Made by a program: the position numbers and the translations under genes | In this document: positions 25,704 through 35,176 of the stretch, in pieces | How the letters are laid out: each line of letters starts with the position of its first letter | Position numbering within the stretch: the first letter of the stretch is position 1 | The notes under the pieces: model-generated | Seen by the model: only the letters and a program-made list of their open reading frames with translations | Told to the model about the DNA's origin: nothing | Database searches by the model: none | Assembly (NCBI GenBank): GCA_008632985.1 | Contig: QPGO01000332.1 | Location: forward strand, 1 to 53,625 | Length of the DNA: 53,625 nt | DNA from: Psammoneis japonica | Lineage: Eukaryota | Direction of reading: 5' to 3'

Positions 25704-26741
25704 CTAGCCAAACTTGATATCGCAACTCATGGGGTAATGGTCACTGAGACTATTCCCACCAGCATCTGTCGGCGTCAGATACTCACAGATGGAACCTTTT
25801 CCCGGTGGGACAGCGGTGTTACTCGTATCGTGCAGGATATGATCCAAGGCACGTTGAGTATCGGTGATTTCCCCCGGAATGCCGGCGAGAATCAGATTGT
25901 TGTTGAGTGGGTCAAACGAATATTTCGTACTGCTGGACTTTAGCTCAAGATCATCAGCCTTATCAACATTGTCGCATAGAGCTCGGGTGTGTTCACCTTG
26001 TCTTCGTTGAAATCTCCAACCATGAGCACGAGTTCATTGTCTATATCCTGATCATCAATGAAGGTACGCATTGCCTCATACTGACGCCGACGAACATTGT
26101 GATTTTGAACCAAGAACCATGTGTGGATATTAAACACATTGATCATGACCCCATCCTTGTCAATTCGGGCGTACGACACACCCTCATCCAAACGACACTC
26201 GTTAGGAAGACCACATGCATCCCGAAAGGCTCTAAATTCATGCTTCACAATGGGACATTTGGAGTAAAGTGCCAAACCAGACCCTGATGATCCACGATCG
26301 TCGTAAATGTAGTGACAGTAACCCGCCGCAATCATGGCATCAAGGACTGTACCTTGTTCGGTCCACATTTCCTGAAGAGCCACAACATCGTAGGCATCAC
26401 CGGGAGATTGGGCAAACCATTCACCGATCCGAGCAGCTCGATCTCCCAGTGCCCAAATGCCATCTATTGCTGTCCGAATTAGGTTGAGGTTGTAGCTCAT
26501 TACGAGCACAGATGCAGCATCTGGAGTGCCAGCCGCGCACTTGTCGGATGTTGTGCCATGTTGGAAGGTATGATCCTCTTCGTCGCCATCCACACACACG
26601 CGGCACCATGCATCTTTGTCACATGCATCATTGGCAAAGAGTTTCCGAACACAGCAACTGCTTTCGCATTGGCTGCTCTTGGAGCATTCGCTGCCGTTGG
26701 GAAGCAGCGTTTTGAGCAGTGGTGGCAGTGGGAATCATCAT
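25704..26741 (-). pseudogene. Secreted EEP-family (neutral sphingomyelinase-like) phosphodiesterase, disrupted by Copia insertion and a 1-bp frameshift
   Basis: Motifs MSYN, DVVALQE, SGLALYSK, FNIHT, VGDFN; after a frameshift at ~25965, LDHILH and LSDHYP, with stop at 25704. A Cys-rich N-terminal segment precedes the catalytic domain. Confidence 0.85.
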
Positions 26742-27088
26742 TGTGGGAAAGCAGCCAGAATTCTAAGATTCGTCTGCACTTTCAGTGATTAAAAGCTGCA
26801 ATTGCGATGCAACAATCAATCAGCAACTTTGTTGCACCAAAAGTTGAGAGGTGACAATCAGTGCGTTAGAAAGATTATGAGCAGTTTTTATGAGCAGATG
26901 CAGCTGCCATCTAAAGGAAACGCGAAGTTAAACAAGCGCGAAGCTAGGAACAAACATCGCATCCGTGACTCGGCTTCCGCGGGATTCGAGACTGAGCATC
27001 GCACACGGGGTTCGAATCTTGGATCTCTGACTTGAATCGTGGAGGTCCGATGTTGTTGTAAAAACATGCAAACATGAACATTGTCACA
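26742..27088 (-). repeat. 3' LTR of Copia element
   Basis: Direct repeat of 33505-33851, differing at 7 sites. Confidence 0.97.
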
Positions 27089-27131
27089 CTCCCTTCAACA
27101 ATGTCGGGTGGAATGATGACTCGAAAACGTC

Positions 27132-30100
27132 TTGCCACTTAAGGAGCGATTTCCTGTGTTTGACAAAGAGATTCTGTGGTGGAGGTTTGGCGAAAATGTC
27201 TGCAATCTGATCCGCCGCATCAATTGGCAGGATTGACACGAGACCTTTGCGAACATGGTCTTTAAAGTGGTGAAGAGTGAGGTTGAAGTGTTTTGTCCGA
27301 GGACGCATCTTGGGCAATCTCGCGATCTCCAATGCTCCAGAATTGTCTTCAAAAGCCTTGCAATGTACGACTGGTGTCTTGGAAGGGACATCATGACCGT
27401 GATCCATAAATTCTTGAATGAGGTTCACAATTGGGATGGCGCTTCGAAGACTTTCCGAAAGAGCGACAAACTCAGCTTCAGCAGTGCTGAGCGCGATCTG
27501 AGTCTGCAGCTTGGACGTCCAGACAATCGGACATCCTGCATGGGTGATGACAAACCCAGTTCGAGATTTGGAAGTGCCGACGTCATCGGGTGCAGTCAGC
27601 TTATTCCAATTGCCCACAAAGTCCGCGTCGGCATGAACTTCAAGGGACTTGTCCATTGAGGGCTGCAGTGTGATGCCTTCAGTTCTGGTTGACCTCAGGC
27701 ACTCACAGAGCCATGGCACGGCTTCACCGTGAGAAACCTTGGGATCAGAAGAAAAGCGTGCAACTTGGTGCACCGCGTAAGCGACATCTGGTCGAGTGCT
27801 CTTCTCCAGAAAATTGAGCTTGCCGATGATGGATCGGCAATGAAAGCTCCCTTGGAAAGCAGGCTCACTCATGTGCCTGTGGAGGATCTTGGAGGAAGGA
27901 GCAGGAGCAGACTTGTCTGGCAGTCTCTTTGGAATGTTGGCCATCTCCAGCATCTGATTGACAAGGTGAGGTTGGGCAAGTTTCATTCTGCCATCTGGTG
28001 GTGTCTCGACGTTGACACCGAGACAGTCGTCCAGAGTGCCTTGACCATCAATGTCAAAATTCTCATCTCTGACATCCTGCATCGCCTTGTCAACAGCAGA
28101 CTTGTCAGGGGATGCAAAGATGCCGTCATCGACACAATGAATGAAAATGACATTGCCGCGAAAATGCAGGCACTCATCAACCGCCGATTGTACGAAACCA
28201 ATCCTTGACAATCCATCACGCAAGTGTTCTTGCCATGCTCTCCCTGCTTGCTTTTGTCCATGTAAGTTCTTGAGCAACTTCAGAACATGAGTCTCACCAT
28301 TGCCATGTTTTGTTTCAATTCCTGCAGGTAACTCCATGTGCACATCACATTCGATGTCGGCATGCGGGTGCGCCAGAACGAAGTCGACTTTGCGTGCACG
28401 CCACTTCTTAAGAATGGCAATGATCAGCAGGAGCCGGACAGTGAACCAGAAGACCACGGCAGAGCAGGTCTGGAAGTAGTTGACAGCATACTCTTGCTTT
28501 CCGCCGTGCACATTAAGTCGGGACTTCCATTTGAAGACGGCTTGGGTCTTAAGGCATTCGCACAACCAGCGCACAGTAGCGCAATGTCGGACAGACGACT
28601 GTCGTGCTTTTTTTGCGATTTGCGCGACAAATTGCCGTCGACGCCGACGATGACGATGACATTTTTCTGATTGTCTTACAGAACGACTTTAAAATATGCA
28701 CTTAATAGCGTTATCAATAATGCTCTTAAGAACATCAATACGTAAAGAAAGCTACCCGGACGAGCTCATAATCGTTCGATAATTGAATGCATCAAATGAC
28801 AGTCAAAAAACAGAGCTCAGTATTGGTATGACGTTTTGCGATTGAACGAAGGCTGCTCCTGGTCTATTTCATGACTTGATATGTTCGTAAATTTAATAAT
28901 CTAAATGTCTATAACGCTCAAAAACTCCAGGACACGTCGATGTCGTCGCTATCATTACGACAACGCACCGCCGTCATGTCGCCGATTTTTAGCGATGCTC
29001 GTGTAGCGCGCACGAAGTTTCCAGTACAAAAAAAATTCAGAATGTCAAATCGTCTTGCCATCCATCAGCTCGTTGTGCGAATACGTTAATGTCTCTTTTG
29101 CGCTTCATAGACCACACCGAAGGGAGAACATCAACATCGTCAGGTACGTCCTCTCTTGGAATGAGTGTCCAATGTTTCCTTTCAATGTGATCATTGACCT
29201 CCTTAACACAGGCCTTGATAAATTCGTCTCTGTCAGGTTCACGCATGGCCTGATCAAAGTGCATGGTGCCGGGGTCCGAGCTCGCCAGAAAAGAGATGGG
29301 TGAGTCCACATCGTCCTGCAGTTTGTAATCATCCTCGTGCATCGCATCATAACATGCCTCTGCCTCTGCATTGTAGGAGACAATGCCTTGAGCCCATTGC
29401 AGTTGGCTCTCGCGCATCCTTTCGGTCGGGCGTCGTTGTCGGCCGGACCCACTGGCACTGGGTTGACCCACAGTGCGCTGTGGCTCAGATGGTGCATCAG
29501 AATCATCTGGAGGCGTGCATGGCATTTCATCATCCGGTTGGGCATTGTCAAATGAGTCATCAGTGGTGGACGTGTCAGCAGGATGCAGCAGCTGAGACGG
29601 GACATCCGAGCTCGGCTCAGGTGGTTCCGTTGTGGCAGGGACTGATCCCTCAACCGGTGCGTCACTTGATTTCCCAAAGATGTTGAAAGTGCTCCTTGTC
29701 TTGAGTTGTCTGAAACCTGCAATGCCTTGCCATTGTGAGAATGTAGGAGGATTCCCAGCAAAAGGGCGAACGGTCTCAAAGAAGTCGTCAAATTGTGCGT
29801 GAAATTGCGGCGACACGAGTCCGGTCTGCAAGTTCAAAACCAAGGCAACTGAACCTGCATGTCTTGTTGATGGTCCCAAATTGATTCCCAACTTTGCCCT
29901 TGGGTCCCACTTGGGCAGCCTGCCTCCTCCCTGCAACCGGTTGTGCAAGGCGTAGACGGGACAGCCGAAGGTGTGGTGTTGTTTGAGATTGGGCTGGACC
30001 TTGACGGACGAGAAACGTTCCAGCGGAGAAGAGCCATCCTCGTGATTCGGCAAGTGATTCTTGATCTCGTTTGAGTTCCTGAGAGCGCTTGGCCACAAGT

Positions 30101-31888
30101 TCAACTCAACAGCCGTTGGCCATCTCACTTTTGCATGCAGGAGTTGCTTCCGAGATTGCTCTTGGAGGTCCCTCACTCTTTTCTCCGCGATGCCGTTTTG
30201 GAAGTGGGCGTTGACCCCACAACAGGATGTTGTTTGCTGTTGCTTCTTGACATCTTGTATGAAAGCATTGTCAGCAAATCTTCCATTGTCGGCGTGGTGG
30301 TGTTGAACACGGACGTGCATCCGGCGTGCGAATGCCTCGAAAGCGTGCTTGGCTTCGAGCGTCTCGGCTGAGGCAAGTCCTTTCTGCAAACACATGCATC
30401 CCAATCCGCTGAAATGATCAACAAAATTGTCGCTGCTCGATGCCTTTGTTTCGTAGGTCTCCCTTTGAGCTGTGGGATCAATCCAGGAGTGGGACTCTCG
30501 AGCTGGTCGACGGATGCGGCTTCTCCAGGCGAAGTTGCCAAGTGGATTCGTCGGTTCCGCTTGGACTTGGAGCGCCATGGTCGTTTCGTCATGGCACCGT
30601 GTGGGCAGCCGGCACATTTTGGGTTGTGTGCCTTTGTGAGGTGTTTCGGTAGAATGCCTGGGGCGGCCAATGGCTTTGTCATTTTGAATGACATGTGGCC
30701 CAGGCGGCAATGCCAACGCAACAGTTCACCCTGGTCATCTGTGGCAGCAAGGGCGTCATCATTTGGTGTGATGTTGATGGGTTCCGGCAAGTCCTGCTGT
30801 GCCTCCGGTGTCGTGAAATCTCTTAGGTTTTCCTCGTCTGAGTCTGAACGACTTGCTCCGTCTGTTGGCTCAAATGAGACAGGAGCATCCTCATCAGCAG
30901 TGTTGCGTGCGTCTTGCGTCTCGGAAGGACGTGTCTCGGATGGACTTCTGAAGACGTCTGTGTCAATTGCAGCCTCGTCATCATTCGCAATGCTCTCGTC
31001 ATCTGGTGGTATGATGTGAGCTTGACAGGCCACGTGCTCGATAGTTTCGACATCGGTTTGTCCTTCGACAGCGGCTGCAAAGGTCCGGCATTTGTTGGAA
31101 CCGGGTGCGGAGCGCATCTTGGCGACATTAGAGTTGGCGGACCATGGAATCAGGCGATGGCACTTGTGCTGGTCCCACATCAGCAACAGTCCGTCGTCCC
31201 CAGTCCAAGATGCGGTTCCGTGAGGCTCTGGCGTGTGGTCATTAGCTTGTTGGCTCCATTGCTGCGGGCAGAGAAGACAATGAGGTAAGTCCGGTGCGAG
31301 CAGCGCGTCTCGAATTTTGATGCTGTGCACTCGTCCCATGTCGTCCTCAATTGCCCACTGCACTGTTCCTTCTCCCTTAGCACGCAAGTGGCCCTTGACA
31401 CCGAGTGCCACTTTGTTGGATTTGCGAAGAGGACCAATGAAGTGTGCCTCGTTGTTGGACATGGTGCAGGAAGAATGTGAGTCGACACCGATTGCGAATG
31501 AGTCCGAATCGTAAGTGGGCTCCGTTCGCTCGGGACAGTGTGGTGTGGTTGAGTTGTACGCTCCAACCGTCTTGTGTCGCGCAATGACACAGTGAGCCTT
31601 CTTGGTGGCCACTCTGGAGCGGTGACCTGGCCTCGTCGACGTATGATGCCGTGCACAGTGCCTCGTTGGCCGTCGCTGGTAAGTCTTAACTCGTCTTGTG
31701 CCCAGTTCAGCCAGGACATGTGAGATGACCCACTCACCCAGCGTCATTACGGCATGTGACAGGCGCTTACACTTTTCTGAAGGAAGGGATAGCATCATGA
31801 ACAGCAGCATGATCCAGATCGACACTGCACATTTCATGACGCCAGCGACCGCTGTCAGGAGCACTGACACAGTGACGGCCATCTGCAA
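27132..31888 (-). pseudogene. Copia pol (protease, integrase, reverse transcriptase, RNase H), mutated, frameshifted near 30425 and interrupted by a MITE
   Basis: Motifs IGVDSHSS, WHCRLGH, HADNGRF, QNGIAEK, WSMKRKRD, LKNLHGQKQAGR, CVDDG, TRPD, ADADF, EDNSGA, ADIFAKP. Confidence 0.93.
28553..29085. mobile_element. 533-bp non-autonomous DNA transposon (MITE) with TTAA target duplication, nested in Copia RT
   Basis: TTAA at 28549-28552 and 29086-29089. ~15-bp imperfect TIRs GGCATTCGCACAACC / CGTTGTGCGAATACG. Excision restores KRDIKTQAVFKWK. Confidence 0.9.
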
Positions 31889-31924
31889 GGACAGCAGCAG
31901 TGTCAGAGTGAACCTGCAGAGCAG

Positions 31925-33430
31925 TCACTCTTGATCCACTTCGTTTAGGATGGTAGAGATGGCACTTGCGAAGGAGACTTTCTTGTCCGACGTGTCTGTG
32001 GATGGAGCAGACTGTTGCTTGCAGAGTCTACAGCCTTGGTTGCCCGGATCATCAGGTGAGTGTATGACCCAAGCAGTGTGATGTGGGCACCAGTGATAGT
32101 CGCGATTGTTGACGCGCTTGTGACAGCACTGATGACCGTTCACTGTCTTCTTAGGAGCGTCCTCCTTGGGCGGGACTTTCTTCCAGGCTTCGTCCGCTTT
32201 CTGTCTCTGACGTGGAGTGGTCTTGGTCTTCCTTGACCGTGTGCTTCTTTCCTTGGTTGAACCAGCCTTGGCCTTCAAAGCTTTAGATGGCTGAAGGTTC
32301 TGATCCTTGATGGAGTCTACCTTGGCTGCAAGCGCGACGATTTGCTCTTCAGCCGGTGACAGTGCTCCCCACTTCTTCTCGCGCTTGAGGTCAGCACATT
32401 TGTTCAGTGCCAACGTCATGATTTGCGTCGGCATGAATTCCTCACCGTCGTCGCACCTGTCCTTGTGCAACATGATGTGCTTGACGAACACTTCGTCAGC
32501 AGCTGCGGCGCATCCTTTGAATGGGTTCATGACAAGGTCGTCGCACTGCTCTCCTCTAGCTTGGAGTCCGTCAACGTTGAGCTTGGCGCACTTGTTGAAC
32601 TCTTCGATGTCCGAGTCAACAGCCGCCATGTGCGTGTCCAGGCTTGACAAGTTCTCGCGGAAGTAGTTGGTGGTGGAGCGTGTGTCAACGATGGCCTTTT
32701 GCACAAGCAGCTTGAAGAATGGTGTGCCGATTTGATTTCCATTGATCGTGTGGGAATCTATCTCAGCCAATGTCTTGTCTCTTGCTTCCTCCGTAAGGGA
32801 TTGAGAGATCGCCTCGGCCATCTGCACATTGTTCTGTGCTTGTCGCGTAGGTGGATTCGCGAAGGTGTTCGCGTGGGTTCTAACATCCTGTAGAGTGAGC
32901 AGTCCGTACTCGGAGATGAGATCTCGTGGAGTTCCATTCGCGTCGGGAATGGCGAGCATGTCTCCTGCCCCTGTTTTCCATCCTGCCTCGGCAGCTCGTT
33001 GACTGAGTGTCTCACAAAACCGTTTGAGACCTTCTGAATCGCCGTTGAACTCGTGCGGCAGCGGCACAGTGGCTGCGTTCCAAAGCTTGAGGCCTTGCGA
33101 TGTGCCGCAGTCGATGAAGTTGTTGGGACGGTGTTGACCTGGAGTCAACGCGAAGATCGGCAGTGGTGGCACAGGTGCCAGTGGTGGTCCACCTGGCGGG
33201 ACTCCACCTGGTGGGACTCCACCTCCGCCTCCTCCTCCACCTCCTCCGCCACCTCCTCCTGGAGGCACACCGGGAGGAATGACTGGGGGAGGTGCAGGAG
33301 CAACTGGAGCGGCTGCAGGAGCAGGTGCTGTTGCCGGAGCAGCAGCAGTGGCAGGAGCTGCAGCGGGTGCAGCAGTGGGAGCTGCAACAGAGGCAGCCAG
33401 AGCAGCCGCGGTTCGTGTCTGCGTGACCAT
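31925..33430 (-). CDS. Copia gag protein (501 aa)
   Basis: Pro/Ala/Gly-rich N-terminus, FALTPG motif and C-terminal WCPHH..W..H....C knuckle variant, lying just downstream of the 5' LTR. Confidence 0.85.
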   Translation of the reverse strand: MVTQTRTAAALAASVAAPTAAPAAAPATAAAPATAPAPAAAPVAPAPPPVIPPGVPPGGGGGGGGGGGGGGVPPGGVPPGGPPLAPVPPLPIFALTPGQHRPNNFIDCGTSQGLKLWNAATVPLPHEFNGDSEGLKRFCETLSQRAAEAGWKTGAGDMLAIPDANGTPRDLISEYGLLTLQDVRTHANTFANPPTRQAQNNVQMAEAISQSLTEEARDKTLAEIDSHTINGNQIGTPFFKLLVQKAIVDTRSTTNYFRENLSSLDTHMAAVDSDIEEFNKCAKLNVDGLQARGEQCDDLVMNPFKGCAAAADEVFVKHIMLHKDRCDDGEEFMPTQIMTLALNKCADLKREKKWGALSPAEEQIVALAAKVDSIKDQNLQPSKALKAKAGSTKERSTRSRKTKTTPRQRQKADEAWKKVPPKEDAPKKTVNGHQCCHKRVNNRDYHWCPHHTAWVIHSPDDPGNQGCRLCKQQSAPSTDTSDKKVSFASAISTILNEVDQE

Positions 33431-33504
33431 GGCAACAGCAGAGTAAAGTGGAATCGAGAGCTTAAGATCGATTGACTTAACTTGTAGATTTCGCAGAGGA
33501 AGCG

Positions 33505-33851
33505 TGTGGGAAAGTAGCCAGAATTCTAAGATTTGTCTGCACTTTCAGTGATTAAAAGCTGCAATTGCGATGCAACAATCAATCAGTGACTTTGTTGCAC
33601 CAAAAGTTGAGAGGTGACAATCAGTGCGTCAGAAAGATTATGAGCAGTTTTTATGAGCAGATGCAGCTGCCATCTAAAGGAAACGCGAAGTTAAACAAGC
33701 GCGAAGCCAGGAACAAACATCGCATCCGTGACTCGGCTTCCGCGGGATTCGAGACTGAGCATCGCACACGGGGTTCGAATCTTGGATCTCTGACTCGAAT
33801 CGTGGAGGTCCGATGTTGTTGTAAAAACATGCAAATGTGAACATTGTCACA
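33505..33851 (-). repeat. 5' LTR of Copia element
   Basis: Direct repeat of 26742-27088. Confidence 0.97.
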
Positions 33852-33913
33852 ATCATCATGCCAACAAAGACCACAACGGCCGACAACAACATGGGGCACA
33901 CTCCTTGCTGCAT
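33852..33913 (-). pseudogene. Displaced 5' end (signal peptide) of the EEP gene
   Basis: MQQGVCPMLLSAVVVFVGMM joins in frame to IPTATTAQTLLPNG once the Copia and one TSD copy are removed. Confidence 0.8.
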
Positions 33914-35176
33914 TGAGAACTTTGTGTTGTCATTGTGAATGATGATTCGGCATGGGTTCAGGGTCATGGTCCAAGCACTGCAGCAAAAGGCCTTGCATTG
34001 GTTGGATCGAAACGCCACCTTGGTTTGTGTTCTTGTGTGCTGCGTTTCACGTTTCACTCTGAGCTGTTTCTCTTTGCGGTCGACGCAAGGGCGGCGCCGC
34101 ACAAAGCAGCGCACCGCACGCAACTGACATGCATCCATCGAGGGACTGGCAGTTGTCTTGGTGCTCTGGTTTGCTCCAGGTTTGCAAATTGGAAAAGGGG
34201 CATCTTATGCAGTCACCCCACCAGCATGCATCTTGTCTCAGTGAGAAGCAGATGGGTGGCACCACAGTTTTAAAACTGATTGCACACAACAGCCAGCCCT
34301 CCTGCCTGCTGCTGATGCAAAACAAATCTCCGTGCAGAGGTTAGACTCCTCAACAAAACTCAAGGGGACCCACAACTTTCTCATTGGTGGAAGGCAAGAG
34401 TGCCTACAGACCTGCACATTGGTTTGCTTGTGCGGTCACTTGTTGCTTTAACAATTGGCAAAATTGAGTGTGTGTGAAATCCTCTGTGATGACGCACACA
34501 CACGTGTGTGTGTGCCTCTGGGTTGTTGTTCAAAGTTGTCTGGATGGCTGCAAGAGGGACGAATGGTTGCAGGCAGGAGACAAAAAACATGGTTTCTTGG
34601 AGGCCACGTGTGGAGTGGCCTTGATCTCACAAACCAAAACAGAGCAAGCATGATGAAGGAATTGATCTTTCACAAGTTTTGTTGCACCAAGGTTGATGGC
34701 CAACTCATCACACAACATGTCAAAAGCACACACAGCCCGTTGGGACAACAGCATTGTTGGGTTTGTTTGCAAGAGGCGGTTCATTGACAGGGGGGGTGTT
34801 CAGGTGCTGCCAAGGTGTGGATGTTGTGACCAGCTTTGATGCTCAAGTGTGACCCTCATGGTGTGCTGTCTTGCCAAAACGAGTGGCAAAAAGGCCCGGC
34901 AGGCTGGTCATTGTGCCGGACCCAGATGTGGTCAAAGAGGTGCTTTTGGCCACTTGGCACAATGTCTTCAACTGTGGATGGCAAAAACACAAAAGTCACT
35001 GTTTGGTCACAATTGCAACCCTTGTTTTGCATCTTTGACTTGCTGATGGGTGTCTTTGCTTTCACACACATGTGCAGGCCATGTGAGGTCAGTGCAGGCT
35101 GACAAGACATTCATGATGATGTCTTGGTCATTTGGTGGGCAGTGCTGTCCACTTGTCTGGGTCTCATGCTCACTGC

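Larger units (their letters stand above)
26742..33851 (-). mobile_element. Full-length Ty1/Copia LTR retrotransposon (diatom CoDi-like)
   Basis: 347-bp LTRs at 26742-27088 and 33505-33851 (TG...CA), 5-bp TSD ATCAT (26737-26741 and 33852-33856), PPT GTTGAAGGGAG next to 27088, and gene order gag-PR-IN-RT-RH. Confidence 0.97.

Noticed and set aside
27084..31888. Alternative genetic code or recoding to explain Cys/His at Tyr positions
   Set aside because: Neighbouring host genes use TAY for conserved Tyr normally, and non-coding LTRs show the same changes.
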